Shown: positions 21,295-31,342 of the stretch, one piece after another
Layout of the letters: each line of letters opens with the position of its first letter
Numbering within the stretch: position 1 is the first letter of the stretch
Source: an uncultured Acetatifactor sp.
GTDB lineage: Bacteria > Bacillota > Clostridia > Lachnospirales > Lachnospiraceae
NCBI GenBank assembly: GCA_949840935.1
Contig: CATKXX010000007.1
Span: 28,070 to 92,069, forward strand
Direction: 5' to 3'
Length of the DNA stretch: 64,000 nucleotides
Translations under genes and position numbers: made by a program
The notes under the pieces: model-generated
What the model saw: the letters and a program-made list of their open reading frames with translations, nothing else
The model's database searches: none
What the model was told of the DNA's origin: nothing

Positions 21295-21594
21295 TTACCT
21301 CTGTACCTTGCTGATCTTGCTCTTTAATTTATCCATGGAATCCACAAATATAAGGATTTCCGCCACCACCTCATAGAGCTCCGGGGGAATCATATCACCG
21401 ATATCCAGCCTGGAGAGGGTGTCTGCCAGCTTGTCATCCCTGTGGATGGGAACATCGCTCTCCTGCGCCTTTTCAATGATACGCTCCGCCAGCACACCGC
21501 GGCCGCTGGCTATGACCCTGGGCGCATCCTCCTCCGGGTTGTACTCCAGAGCTATGGCCTGCTTTAATTTCTGTTTTTCATCCTTCTGCGACAT
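21295..21594 (-). CDS. FlhB/EscU cytoplasmic-domain-like protein (YlqH-like)
   Basis: AIALEY...APRVIASGRG.LAERII, IPPELYEVVAEIL. Confidence 0.9.
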   Translation of the reverse strand: MSQKDEKQKLKQAIALEYNPEEDAPRVIASGRGVLAERIIEKAQESDVPIHRDDKLADTLSRLDIGDMIPPELYEVVAEILIFVDSMDKLKSKISKVQR

Positions 21595-21605
21595 TCCAAT
21601 CCCCC

Positions 21606-23447
21606 TTACGTCCTGACATCAAAGGCATACTGCGCCAGCGCCACGCCCTTTTCCCTGCCCAGGATCGGCTCCAGGCCGCCCCTGGAAGATACATTCTCCC
21701 CTTCCCCGCGTACCTCCATGGACAGGCTGCAGTCATAACCCCGCTTCTGCAGCCTGTCTGTGAGGATGTCCATATGAGCTTCCAGGAAATCCAGCATTTC
21801 GTCATCCACCACATAAAATTTCGTGCTGACCCTGTTGTTCTGCATGGCCACATATACATCCACCGGGCCCAGCTGTTCCATATCCAGATGAAGCAGCGCA
21901 CTGACGGAACCGTCCCTTCCGGCAAGATTTTTCTTATTGGTGTAGACATAGAGGTCACCGTGGGCGTTCCCCTGCTGCAGACGGAGCGGAAGCTGCACAT
22001 AAGTATACATCTGGTTCAGCTGCTGCAGAAAATCGATATTCTGTGACAGATTGGACGCCGCCTTATATGCCTCGGAGCCGCTCTGCCCCACAGTCTCCAG
22101 GGTCTGCGTCAGGCCCCTGAGCTGACGGTCCAGCCTCCTGTACATTTCCTCCACCTTATCCGGCTCAGCTACCTCCTGAGGCCGGAGCGTCCAGGAATTC
22201 TTCAGGGTATCCGCAAGCAGCGTCCTGACCCCCTTCTGCGACGCCAGAAGCTGCAGCGCCTCCCTTCCCTCCGCCCCGGCGCCGCGGGCCCTTTCCAACA
22301 TCTGTCCCAGCGTATGGAACAATTCTCCCGCATCCGAGGCGCCTTTTGCAAATTGTTCGATCTGTCCTGCCAGCTGCGCACCTTCCTGGGGAGTCAGGCC
22401 AAGCCGGGAAAGTACCTGCCCAAGCTCCCGGGAAACCGCCGCCCGCACCTCCAAAGGAATCTCCCCGGGCTGCGCGCCGCCGTCCTTCTGTATCTGTGTA
22501 CCCTTACCGGCCAGCTCCATCCCGTCGGCATCCGCCGCCAGCTTCACTGCCGCTTCCAGGGCCTGCTGCGCTTTTGCTGCCTCCGGCCCCCGGCCCGCCT
22601 GCACCGCCGCTTCCTCCTGTGTGCCACTGCTGCCGGGTATACCGCCCTCCGCAGCTCCCTCCACTGCCTCCCGGAGGATTTCTCCTGCCAGGGTATTTCC
22701 CCCCGGGATATCTTCTCCCGGGATATTTTCCGCAGGAGCACCCCCCGCGGAAGCATTCTCCTGAACCATATGCAGCAGCTCCTGGTACAGGCGCACCGCA
22801 CCGGCCATATTTCTCTCCGTGACAAGCTCCTCCACCACATTTGGAAGGGCGTCCAGGACTGTCTCCATCCCCTGCAGCAGCTGATGGTTCAGATTGCGGT
22901 AAGATGCCATCTGGTTTATATTCTCCTCATTCACCGGCAGCCCCAGCTTATGGAGGCTTACAATATCGGATATCTCCGCATTGGGAAACGCATTGACCTC
23001 CCGGTACAGCTGCTGGACGGAATTCCTGTCAATGGGAAGCCCCGCTTCCATCATCTGCTCCGTCATGGCCACGGAGGTCTGATTCACCGAAATCCCTGCC
23101 ATATCCAGCGCCTTCAGTACATTAATATCCGTGGACAGATTTGCGAACAATGGAGTCAGGGTAAGGGCGCTGCCATTGCTCTTCACCTCAAAGGTCATGC
23201 TGCTCCCCACTTCCATATTCATACTCTGATCCACCCTTGCATTCAACAGCAGGTCGTCTGCGGTCCGGATCTGAACCTCCCCGCCATTCCTGGATACAAT
23301 CTCCCCCTGGATGGTCTGCCCGGGCACCATGGATCTGATCTGCCGGTTTACGGCCGCCATATTCGGAGAAACAGGTGCAGCCGGCTTTTGCAGTCTGCCG
23401 ATATCCTCATTCTTTGTCCTTCCAGCAAAAATATCCGTCAGTTTCAT
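21606..23447 (-). CDS. Flagellar hook-length control FliK-domain protein (YlqG-like)
   Basis: C-terminal YVQLPL...ALLHLDMEQLGPVDV...FDVRT; rnhB-ylqG-ylqH synteny. Confidence 0.8.
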   Translation of the reverse strand: MKLTDIFAGRTKNEDIGRLQKPAAPVSPNMAAVNRQIRSMVPGQTIQGEIVSRNGGEVQIRTADDLLLNARVDQSMNMEVGSSMTFEVKSNGSALTLTPLFANLSTDINVLKALDMAGISVNQTSVAMTEQMMEAGLPIDRNSVQQLYREVNAFPNAEISDIVSLHKLGLPVNEENINQMASYRNLNHQLLQGMETVLDALPNVVEELVTERNMAGAVRLYQELLHMVQENASAGGAPAENIPGEDIPGGNTLAGEILREAVEGAAEGGIPGSSGTQEEAAVQAGRGPEAAKAQQALEAAVKLAADADGMELAGKGTQIQKDGGAQPGEIPLEVRAAVSRELGQVLSRLGLTPQEGAQLAGQIEQFAKGASDAGELFHTLGQMLERARGAGAEGREALQLLASQKGVRTLLADTLKNSWTLRPQEVAEPDKVEEMYRRLDRQLRGLTQTLETVGQSGSEAYKAASNLSQNIDFLQQLNQMYTYVQLPLRLQQGNAHGDLYVYTNKKNLAGRDGSVSALLHLDMEQLGPVDVYVAMQNNRVSTKFYVVDDEMLDFLEAHMDILTDRLQKRGYDCSLSMEVRGEGENVSSRGGLEPILGREKGVALAQYAFDVRT

Positions 23448-24217
23448 GTCGATTCCTTTACATTCTCAAAATTTTTAAGAAAGCTTTTACGATGTATCGG
23501 CGTAGGGCCGTATTTTTTCAGCGCCGTAATATGCGCTGCGCTGCCATAGCCCTTGTTTCCCCTGAAATCATATTCCGGGTAGATCCTGTCATATTCCAGC
23601 ATAAGCCTGTCCCTTGTAACCTTTGCAAGGATACTGGCGGCGCCGATGGTAATGCTCTTGGCATCTCCCTTGATAATGGGAACCTGCCGTATGACAATCC
23701 CCGGAATCCTCACGGCGTCGTTCAGCAGGATATCCGGCTGGGGCTTCAGCTTACCCACAGCCTCCCTCATGGCCTCATAGGTCGCCTGCAGGATATTGAT
23801 CTGGTCGATCCGCTCCGGGGTAGCATATCCCACCGCACAGGAAACCGCCTGCTCCATTATGATCTCGTACAGCTCCTCTCTCTTTTTTTCGGAGAGTTTC
23901 TTGGAATCATTTATATATAAAATCCTGCAGTCCCTGGGAAGGATCACGGCACCCGCAACAACCGGCCCCGCCAGAGGCCCTCTCCCTGCCTCGTCAATCC
24001 CGCAGATCAGCCCGCACTCACCGTACTGTTCCTCGTAAACCCGCAGCCGCTCGATGCGCTGCTTCTCCTTCTCCAAAAGGCCCATGCGCTTTCTGGCAGC
24101 TTCCACCAGCTTCTGTACGCCGGCCCGTCCGTCGTTCTCATATGTCTGTACAAATTCAGGCAGCCCATCCATAGAAGCTGCCTGTAACTCTGCCTTTATC
24201 TCACCTGTATTCTTCAT
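23444..24217 (-). CDS. rnhB: Ribonuclease HII
   Basis: GIDEAGRGPLAGPV, DSKKLS, KGD..SITIGAASILAKV, NKGYG. Confidence 0.96.
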   Translation of the reverse strand: MKNTGEIKAELQAASMDGLPEFVQTYENDGRAGVQKLVEAARKRMGLLEKEKQRIERLRVYEEQYGECGLICGIDEAGRGPLAGPVVAGAVILPRDCRILYINDSKKLSEKKREELYEIIMEQAVSCAVGYATPERIDQINILQATYEAMREAVGKLKPQPDILLNDAVRIPGIVIRQVPIIKGDAKSITIGAASILAKVTRDRLMLEYDRIYPEYDFRGNKGYGSAAHITALKKYGPTPIHRKSFLKNFENVKEST

Positions 24218-24246
24218 GCCAATCCTCCATAACAGAAGCCCCGCTC

Positions 24247-24864
24247 CTACTGATGCTTCAAGATGCCTATCTCAGAAAGCGGCCAAATGCGCATCCAGGC
24301 CCTCCCTATTATGTCATCCCGGTGAATATTACCCACAGCCTCCGTCCTGCTGTCGCTGCTGTTATTCCGATTGTCACCCATGACAAAGTACTCATCCTCG
24401 CCCAGTACCACCGGCTTGATGGCAAGGCCTATATTCTCCGGCCTGATGATCTCCCTGCCATAGCTTTCCTCCAGCGCCTCGCCATCGATATAGATGGTTC
24501 CGTCCAGATCGATCTGCACTGTTTCCCCCGGCAGGCCGATGATCCTCTTTATAAAATACGTTTCCTCCTCATGCTGGAAGGGAAATACAATGATATCAAA
24601 TCTCTGGGGATCCCGAAAACGGTATGTAACCTTATCCACGATCAGATTATCCCCGTGGCTGAGGGTTGCTTCCATGGAAGCTCCCTGCACCTCCGTCCTC
24701 TGCCCCACATAATGGATCACAACATATGTGATGCACAGCACGATCAGCAGGTACAGCAGAGTACTGATCATCTCCCTCAGCACCCTGTTCAGGGGCCTTC
24801 CCTTTCCTCTGGCAGCTCCTTTGTCAATCCCTTTCTTCATACTTTCATTCATGCCCTTCACCAT
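24247..24864 (-). CDS. lepB: Signal peptidase I
   Basis: GASMEATL (Ser), FIKRIIGLPGE (Lys), GDNRNNSSDSR. Confidence 0.93.
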   Translation of the reverse strand: MVKGMNESMKKGIDKGAARGKGRPLNRVLREMISTLLYLLIVLCITYVVIHYVGQRTEVQGASMEATLSHGDNLIVDKVTYRFRDPQRFDIIVFPFQHEEETYFIKRIIGLPGETVQIDLDGTIYIDGEALEESYGREIIRPENIGLAIKPVVLGEDEYFVMGDNRNNSSDSRTEAVGNIHRDDIIGRAWMRIWPLSEIGILKHQ

Positions 24865-24870
24865 AATATT

Positions 24871-25725
24871 TCAACCTCTCTCCGACATCGGGTATTCTAT
24901 TGTAATTCTTCCCAGCTTTCCGCTTCTGAAGTCCTCCAACAGGATTGAGGCGGCCTTTTTCAGATCAGGGGTCTCTCCCTTCCGGATACATCCCCTTGCC
25001 CTCGCAATGTCTTCCAGCATTTCTGCCGGTGAGCTTTTCCTTTCCACACCATAACGCCCCGGCACCGCCTCCGGATACAGCCCCGCCAGGCAGCCCAGCA
25101 GATCGCACGCAAGCTCCTCCAGGATAATGACCTCATCATTCATGGAACCGATAAAGGCAAGATGCATCCCCGCCTGCTGATCCTCAAATTTAGGCCACAG
25201 GATACCCGGCGTATCCAGCAGCTCCAGATTTTTGTCCAGACGTATCCATTGTTTTCCCTTCGTGACCCCGGGCTTATTTCCCGTTTTGGTGCAGGCCCTT
25301 CCGGCGTAGGAATTGATGAAAGTGGATTTGCCCACATTGGGGATTCCCACTACCATGGCCCTGACGGGCCTGTTTACAATGCCCCTTTTCCTGTCCCTCT
25401 CCAGCTTTTCCCGGCAGGCCTCCTGTACCAGGCCCTGAATGCCCTTCAGTCCCGCGCCCGATCTGGAATTGACCTCCAGCACATAAGCGCCCTGCTCCCT
25501 GAAATATGTGACCCACTGCCTGTTATAGACAGGATCGGCCAGATCCGATTTGTTTAAGAGCACTATTCTCGACCTGTTCCCGGCCAGACTGTCAATATCA
25601 GGATTACGGCTGCTCTGTGGAATCCTCGCGTCCACCAGCTCTATGAGCAGATCTATGAGCTTAATATTTTCCTGCATCATACGCATTGCCTTTGTCATAT
25701 GGCCAGGATACCATTGATAATTCAT
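24871..25725 (-). CDS. ylqF: Ribosome biogenesis GTPase RbgA/YlqF
   Basis: QWYPGHM, DARIP, NKSDL, GIPNVGKS, DTPGILWPK. Confidence 0.96.
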   Translation of the reverse strand: MNYQWYPGHMTKAMRMMQENIKLIDLLIELVDARIPQSSRNPDIDSLAGNRSRIVLLNKSDLADPVYNRQWVTYFREQGAYVLEVNSRSGAGLKGIQGLVQEACREKLERDRKRGIVNRPVRAMVVGIPNVGKSTFINSYAGRACTKTGNKPGVTKGKQWIRLDKNLELLDTPGILWPKFEDQQAGMHLAFIGSMNDEVIILEELACDLLGCLAGLYPEAVPGRYGVERKSSPAEMLEDIARARGCIRKGETPDLKKAASILLEDFRSGKLGRITIEYPMSERG

Positions 25726-25762
25726 ATTGTCTCCATTTCATTCAGGGGAAATATTTCCCCTC

Positions 25763-26341
25763 TCACTTCACAAATCCCATTCCCTGTTCCGCGCAGCTCC
25801 CTCTGAACCATACCTTGCCCACTATATCCGTCTCCTTCACCGGGCCGATGTTGGCAGAACGGCTGTCCTCGCTGTTCCCCGGATTGTCCCCGATACAGAA
25901 GTACTCGCCGTTCTCCAGCGTGTACTCGTTTTCCGCTATACCGGCCTCCAGCAGCTTTTCTGTGACCCAGGGACTCTCCAGCCCGTTGACATACAGTACC
26001 CCTCCTTTTACCACCAGTCGGTCGCCGGGCACCGCAACCACCCTTTTCACATAATAGTGGGCGTTTTCATTGCCGTTCGGAAGAAACACCACCACGTCTC
26101 CCGCCTGGGGAGAGGACAGAATATAGAGGAACCGGTTCACATATACTTTCTGCCCGTTATACAGGGTCGGCTCCATGGATACCCCCACCACGTTCGTAGC
26201 CATACCCAAAAAATAGACCAGCACCGCAGCAATAAATACGGCAGCAACAATCCCGAATATCCAGCTGAATATTTCCCTGATCATGGCGGAGCTTATGGTT
26301 TTCTTTTTCTTATAAAAACTGAGGCCCTTGTTTTTCGCCAT
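25763..26341 (-). CDS. lepB: Signal peptidase I (second paralog)
   Basis: GVSMEPTL, YVKRVVAVPGD, GDNPGNSEDSR. Confidence 0.92.
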   Translation of the reverse strand: MAKNKGLSFYKKKKTISSAMIREIFSWIFGIVAAVFIAAVLVYFLGMATNVVGVSMEPTLYNGQKVYVNRFLYILSSPQAGDVVVFLPNGNENAHYYVKRVVAVPGDRLVVKGGVLYVNGLESPWVTEKLLEAGIAENEYTLENGEYFCIGDNPGNSEDSRSANIGPVKETDIVGKVWFRGSCAEQGMGFVK

Positions 26342-26404
26342 CTTCTGCTCCTGAATTTACTGATTGCACATTTAAAGACAGTATAACACATATCCGGCAA
26401 ATAG

Positions 26405-26433
26405 AAAAGGACAACTACACAAGTAATTGTCCC
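26405..26433 (-). terminator. Putative intrinsic terminator after rplS
   Basis: GGACAA(T/C)TAC inverted repeat with 4-nt loop followed by TTTT on minus strand. Confidence 0.6.
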
Positions 26434-26445
26434 TGTCTCTGCAGA

Positions 26446-26793
26446 TTATCTCACAAGCTCTTTTACCTTGGCCTTCTTGCCCACACGGCCTCTCAGATAA
26501 TTCAGCTTTGCACGTCTGACCTTACCCCTTCTGACTACCTCAATCTTCTCCACATTGGGGGAGTGCAGAGGCCATGTCTTCTCAACGCCGATGCCGTTAG
26601 AGGTTTTCCTCACAGTGAAAGTCTCCCTGTTGCTTCCTCCCTGTCTCTTCAGGACAACACCCTCAAAAACCTGGATTCTCTCGCGGTTTCCCTCTTTAAT
26701 CTTACCGTATACCTTAACGGTATCCCCGACGTTAAAATCATCTACGGTCTCTTTTAACTGTTCTGCTTCGATTTCCCTGATAATGTCACTCAT
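26446..26793 (-). CDS. rplS: 50S ribosomal protein L19
   Basis: [33 protein letters not shown]. Confidence 0.98.
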   Translation of the reverse strand: MSDIIREIEAEQLKETVDDFNVGDTVKVYGKIKEGNRERIQVFEGVVLKRQGGSNRETFTVRKTSNGIGVEKTWPLHSPNVEKIEVVRRGKVRRAKLNYLRGRVGKKAKVKELVR

Positions 26794-26815
26794 ATTGAGC
26801 CTCCTTCATATAATA

Positions 26816-26850
26816 GATGTTCTTAATGCCTTCCGCAGCAGAGGACCATC
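26816..26850 (-). ncRNA. Ribosomal protein L19 leader (cis-regulatory RNA)
   Basis: Minus strand GATGGTCCTCTGCTGCGGAAGGCATTAAGAACATC just upstream of rplS RBS; GATG.TCC.CTG...AAGA.CATC pattern of the Firmicute L19 leader. Confidence 0.7.
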
Positions 26851-26870
26851 CCATTTTTCGCAACAGTCAG

Positions 26871-26899
26871 ATTTTAGCATATATTTTGTGTGAATGCAA
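26871..26899 (-). promoter_or_regulatory. sigmaA promoter for rplS
   Basis: TTGCAT-N17-TAAAAT with TG extension. Confidence 0.65.
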
Positions 26900-26921
26900 G
26901 CCTTTTTCCGCTGCGCGCAGT

Positions 26922-27149
26922 TTATACGATTTCCACATCCACCCTTCTGTTTTCTTTAGAGGATGCCGCCTTAACAACAGAACGGATTGCTTTTGCAATT
27001 CTTCCCTGTTTGCCGATAACCTTACCCATGTCAGATGCAGCTACATGAAGTTCGATGACTGTATTCCTACCCTCATTTTTCTCAGTTACAACAACTTCAT
27101 CCGGATTATCAACAAGTGCTTTTGCAACTACTTCCACTAGTTCCTTCAT
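26922..27149 (-). CDS. khpA: KH-domain RNA-binding protein KhpA (YlqC)
   Basis: ALVDNPD, DMGKVIGKQGRIAKAIR. Confidence 0.95.
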   Translation of the reverse strand: MKELVEVVAKALVDNPDEVVVTEKNEGRNTVIELHVAASDMGKVIGKQGRIAKAIRSVVKAASSKENRRVDVEIV

Positions 27150-27168
27150 AAGCCACCTCCTGAACTGC

Positions 27169-27411
27169 TTATTTCCCGATGCCGGCTACCTTAAAGAGCT
27201 TGCTGACCTGCTCTGTGGGCTGTGCACCGTTTGCCAGCCACTTCTTTGCCAGCTCTTCGTTGATCTTAAAGGTGCTGGGATCCGTGCTGGGATCATAGGT
27301 GCCAATCTCCTCGATAAATCTGCCGTCTCTGGGAGAACGGGAATCAGCTACGACAATTCTATAAAAAGGAGCCTTCTTCTGTCCCATTCTTTTCAATCTG
27401 ATCTTAACCAT
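27169..27411 (-). CDS. rpsP: 30S ribosomal protein S16
   Basis: [39 protein letters not shown]. Confidence 0.98.
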   Translation of the reverse strand: MVKIRLKRMGQKKAPFYRIVVADSRSPRDGRFIEEIGTYDPSTDPSTFKINEELAKKWLANGAQPTEQVSKLFKVAGIGK

Positions 27412-27557
27412 TTTCTTACCTCTTTCTGCCGCTCTGCGGCTTTCTGTTCTTTGTTTTATCTATGAAAAGGATGCTGCTTTTCCCACATCCGTTTCCATCA
27501 TAAGTCCTTCACGCCGGCACCTGTCAGGCCCCGCAGGCTGCCTCCGCCCGCAGCCGC

Positions 27558-28925
27558 TTAAAAGGGGAACCTGCCGCCCATTCCGGGGAAGCCTCCCATC
27601 AGGCCCCTGCCGCGCTTTCCTCCTCCTCCAAACTGCTTCATCAGCTTCTGGCTCTGCTCGAATTGCTTGATAAATCGGTTGACCACTGCGATGTCCACTC
27701 CCGCGCCCCTGGCGATACGATGTTTTCTCTGAGGGTTCAGGAGCTTGGGGTTACGCCGCTCCTCCTTCGTCATGGAGAGAACGATGGCCTCCATATGCTT
27801 CAGCTGCTTCTCGTCCACCATGGATTCCAGATCGGCCCCCTTGATGCCCATGCCGGGCAGCATGCTCAGGATACTGGACAGGCCGCCCATGTTACGCATC
27901 TGCTTCATACTCTCGAGGTAGTCCTCAAAATCGAACTTGCCTTTCTTCATACGGCCCGCCATCTCGCGGCCCTTATCCTCATCTATATCAATGCTCTCCT
28001 GGGCCTTTTCGATCAGTGAGAGCACATCGCCCATGCCCAGGATACGGTTAGCCATACGGTCGGGATAAAACTGTTCCATATCGGAAAGCTTCTCTCCCAT
28101 GCCCACATACAGGATAGGCTTCCCGGTCACGGCCTTGATGGAAAGCGCCGCACCGCCCCGGGTATCGCCGTCCAGCTTGGTGAGTACCACCCCGTCGATG
28201 CCGACCCTGTCGTCAAATTCCTTCGCCACATTGACCGCATCCTGGCCGGTCATGGCATCCACTACAAGCAGCGTCTGGTGCACCGTCAGTTCATCCTTGA
28301 TCTCCTGAAGCTCCGCCATCATGTCCTGGTCAATATGAAGACGGCCTGCCGTATCCAGTATGACGACATTGTGGCCGTTCTTTTCCGCAAAAGCCACAGC
28401 CTCTCTTGCGATTTCCACAGGCCTGTGTTCCGTGCCCATGGAGAACACGTCCACCTCCTGCTTCTTCCCGTTGATCTGCAGCTGCTCCACGGCTGCAGGA
28501 CGATAAATATCACAGGCCACAAGAAGGGACTTCTTTCCCTTCTGCTTCAGCCGTCCGGCTATCTTGGCCGTAGCAGTTGTCTTACCTGCACCCTGAAGCC
28601 CTGCCATCATAATGACAGTGACGGCCTTGCCGGGCTGGAAGGCGATTTCCGTCGTCTCACTGCCCATAAGGGAGATCATCTCCTCGTTTACGATCTTGAT
28701 GACCATCTGCCCGGGATTTAAGCCGTTCATCACATCCTGGCCGATGGCTCTTTCCTCCACGGTCTTAATGAACTGCTTTACCACCCTGAAATTGACATCC
28801 GCCTCCAGGAGCGCCATCTTTACCTCTTTTAATGCGGTTTTGACGTCCTCCTCGGTAAGCCGGCCCTTGCTCCTGAGATTTTTAAATACATTCTGTAGTT
28901 TGTCTGTTAAACTCTCAAACGCCAC
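27558..28925 (-). CDS. ffh: Signal recognition particle protein Ffh
   Basis: GTG start (MAFESL), ALLEADV, GLQGAGKTT, DTAGR, TKLDGD, M domain. Confidence 0.97.
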   Translation of the reverse strand: MAFESLTDKLQNVFKNLRSKGRLTEEDVKTALKEVKMALLEADVNFRVVKQFIKTVEERAIGQDVMNGLNPGQMVIKIVNEEMISLMGSETTEIAFQPGKAVTVIMMAGLQGAGKTTATAKIAGRLKQKGKKSLLVACDIYRPAAVEQLQINGKKQEVDVFSMGTEHRPVEIAREAVAFAEKNGHNVVILDTAGRLHIDQDMMAELQEIKDELTVHQTLLVVDAMTGQDAVNVAKEFDDRVGIDGVVLTKLDGDTRGGAALSIKAVTGKPILYVGMGEKLSDMEQFYPDRMANRILGMGDVLSLIEKAQESIDIDEDKGREMAGRMKKGKFDFEDYLESMKQMRNMGGLSSILSMLPGMGIKGADLESMVDEKQLKHMEAIVLSMTKEERRNPKLLNPQRKHRIARGAGVDIAVVNRFIKQFEQSQKLMKQFGGGGKRGRGLMGGFPGMGGRFPF

Positions 28926-29003
28926 CTGCGACTCCTTACGATTCCTGTTTTCTGATTGCTCTGATTCCATACACCCCTGCCGGAGAATCCGCTGTATAAG
29001 GCT

Positions 29004-29354
29004 TTACAGCTCCTCAAGGAGCGACCGGGACAGCTCCCTGATGCGGATCAGGTTTTCACCCACCCGGGGGCTCTCCGCCTCGCTGTCCATTGTCAGCTGT
29101 TCGATCTGCCTGACCGTTTCCCTGGCCCGGACAAACCGCTCCACAAGATGGAGCCTGTCTTCATAGCCCTGGAGGATCCTGTCACACCTTTTGACCAGAT
29201 CGTGGACGCCCTGCCTGCTGATTCCCTGTTCCCCGGCAATCTCGGCCAGCGACAGATCGTTGTACACTACATCCTCATAAATCCTGCGCTGGTGCTCCGT
29301 CAACAGCTCCCCATAAAAGTCAAACAGCATTGTCTGTTCATATATCTTATCCAT
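29004..29354 (-). CDS. ylxM: YlxM-family DNA-binding protein / SRP regulator
   Basis: LFDFYGELLT, DLSLAEIA, ISRQGVHD; directly upstream of ffh. Confidence 0.93.
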   Translation of the reverse strand: MDKIYEQTMLFDFYGELLTEHQRRIYEDVVYNDLSLAEIAGEQGISRQGVHDLVKRCDRILQGYEDRLHLVERFVRARETVRQIEQLTMDSEAESPRVGENLIRIRELSRSLLEEL

Positions 29355-29393
29355 TTTCACCGAAACCACCTGCACGCTTTCCCGACTTTGTGT

Positions 29394-29422
29394 ATTTTAC
29401 TACAGTTGCATGGGGGTGTCAA
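29394..29422 (-). promoter_or_regulatory. sigmaA promoter for ylxM-ffh
   Basis: TTGACA-N17-TAAAAT. Confidence 0.75.
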
Positions 29423-29507
29423 GTATTTTTTCTTTACGAACCTATGTTTGTGTTGCTCGGAGGATATTTCCACCATAACCACATACAATAACCATGAAAG
29501 ACCACAC

Positions 29508-31268
29508 TCAGCAGCCAAACCTTTCCAGCGCCGCCTGGGCTTTTTTGTTTCCCTGGGCAGCCGCCTTTTCATACCATTCCACAGCCAGATCGGTATCCGG
29601 GGCAACGCCTCTGCCGGATTCATAGCAGATTCCCAGATTCACCTGGGCGGAATCGGATCCCTGCATGGCGGATTTTGTAAACCACATGACTGCCCTGGCA
29701 TCATCCTGCTTCACGCCTTTTCCCGTAATATAACAGAAACCCACGTTCAGCTGAGCGGACATATGTCCCTGTTCGGCCGCCTTCTTATACCATTGAAAGG
29801 ACTTCTTGATGTCCTGTTCCACTCCCTCACCATTCTTGTAGAAATAACCCAGGCCGTTCTGGGCCTCCATATGTCCCTGTTTGGCCGCCTTTTTATACCA
29901 CTTCACGGCTTTCTCGCTGTCCTGCTCCACTCCTACGCCGTTCTTGTACATATATCCAATATCATACTGGGCATCGGCATATCCCTGCCTGGCTGCCTTC
30001 TCATACCATTGAGCAGCTTTCTCCTCATCCTGTTCCACGCCCTTCCCCTGTTCATAGTATATGGCAAGATTATACTGCGCCTGGACAGCCCCCTGCTCCG
30101 CGGCTTTCCGGCATAATTCCACAGCGGCGGCGAGATCCTTTTCCACTCCCATACCTTTTTCGTAACACCAGCCCAGATCTGTACAGGCATCCACACAGCC
30201 CTGTTCCGCCGCCCTCCGATACCATTCCACAGCCTTTTCGTAATCCTGGCTCACACCGTCTCCGTCCTTATAACAGCAGGCAAGGCTGTACTGGGCGTCC
30301 GCATGGCCCCGGGAAGCCGCCTTCTCATACCATTCCACAGCCTTCTCATAATCCTGCCCCACACCCAGGCCTTCTTCACAGCAGAGCCCCAGCTGGTACC
30401 AGGCGTCCACATCACCCTGTCTGGCCGCCTTTTCATACCATTCCACAGCCTTCCTGTAATCCTGTGACACACCGGTTCCATAGAAATAACATCCGGCCAG
30501 ATTGTACTGGCCAGTCCTGTGGCCTCCCTCCGCTGCTTTCCGATACCACTGAAAAGCCGCGCCGCAGTCCTGCTCTACGCCGCAGCCCTCCTCATAACAT
30601 ACGCCAAGCTGGCTGAAAGCGCTTAGATCATCCTGGGCAGCCGCCTTTTCATACCATTCCACGGCCTTCTTATAATCCTGTGGAATACCCCTTCCATTAA
30701 AATAGCAATTCCCCAGATTAAACTGGGCATCCGGGAAGCCCTGCTGCGCTGACTTTGTGTACCATTTCACGGCCTCCTCCTGATCCGGATCCACCGCATA
30801 GCCGCGTTCGCAGAAGACGCCCAGATTATACTGGGCCCATTCATGCCCCTGCTCCGCCGCTCTCCTGTACCATTTCAACGCCTCGCTCTTATCCTCCGCC
30901 ACACCCTTGCCATAATCATAACAGGTTCCCAGATTATGTTGTGCGTCCGCATCTCCGCCTTCTGCGCCCTTCCGGTACCAGTACACGGCTTTTTCCCCGC
31001 TCTGCTCCACACCATAACCGTTCTGGTAACACCATCCCAGGCTCCGCTGTGCCGCGGCGTGCCCCTGGGCGGCTGCCTTCCCGTACCATGCTGCGGCAGC
31101 CTCATAGTCTCTCTGCACCTTCCAGCCATACTGGCAGCAGTCCCCCAGCAGATCCTGGGCGTCGGCATTCCCCTGCTCTGCTGCCTCCCGGCACTTTTCC
31201 AAACTAAACTCCTTCTCCAGTACGCTTTCCCTGGTATAACGTCCCCTGTCTTTTTCTTCCATTTCCAT
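29508..31268 (-). CDS. Sel1-like repeat (SLR) protein, 15 tandem 36-aa repeats
   Basis: Repeated AQY.LG.CY..G.GV.QD...AV.WY.KAA.QG; start at MEMEEK behind GGAGGA. Confidence 0.92.
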   Translation of the reverse strand: MEMEEKDRGRYTRESVLEKEFSLEKCREAAEQGNADAQDLLGDCCQYGWKVQRDYEAAAAWYGKAAAQGHAAAQRSLGWCYQNGYGVEQSGEKAVYWYRKGAEGGDADAQHNLGTCYDYGKGVAEDKSEALKWYRRAAEQGHEWAQYNLGVFCERGYAVDPDQEEAVKWYTKSAQQGFPDAQFNLGNCYFNGRGIPQDYKKAVEWYEKAAAQDDLSAFSQLGVCYEEGCGVEQDCGAAFQWYRKAAEGGHRTGQYNLAGCYFYGTGVSQDYRKAVEWYEKAARQGDVDAWYQLGLCCEEGLGVGQDYEKAVEWYEKAASRGHADAQYSLACCYKDGDGVSQDYEKAVEWYRRAAEQGCVDACTDLGWCYEKGMGVEKDLAAAVELCRKAAEQGAVQAQYNLAIYYEQGKGVEQDEEKAAQWYEKAARQGYADAQYDIGYMYKNGVGVEQDSEKAVKWYKKAAKQGHMEAQNGLGYFYKNGEGVEQDIKKSFQWYKKAAEQGHMSAQLNVGFCYITGKGVKQDDARAVMWFTKSAMQGSDSAQVNLGICYESGRGVAPDTDLAVEWYEKAAAQGNKKAQAALERFGC

Positions 31269-31342
31269 TGCGCTATCCTCCACATATTTACCAATCCCTG
31301 CCCACAGGCAAAGGCTAAGGTCTCCCCCTGCGCGGTTTTGTA

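Noticed and set aside
24247-26341. Two signal peptidase I genes flanking ylqF as a novelty
   Set aside because: Both are intact, divergent paralogs; multiple SPase I genes near rplS-ylqF are ordinary in Clostridia.
29508-31268. 108-bp periodic DNA repeats as a non-coding array
   Set aside because: Fully explained by 36-aa Sel1 protein repeats.
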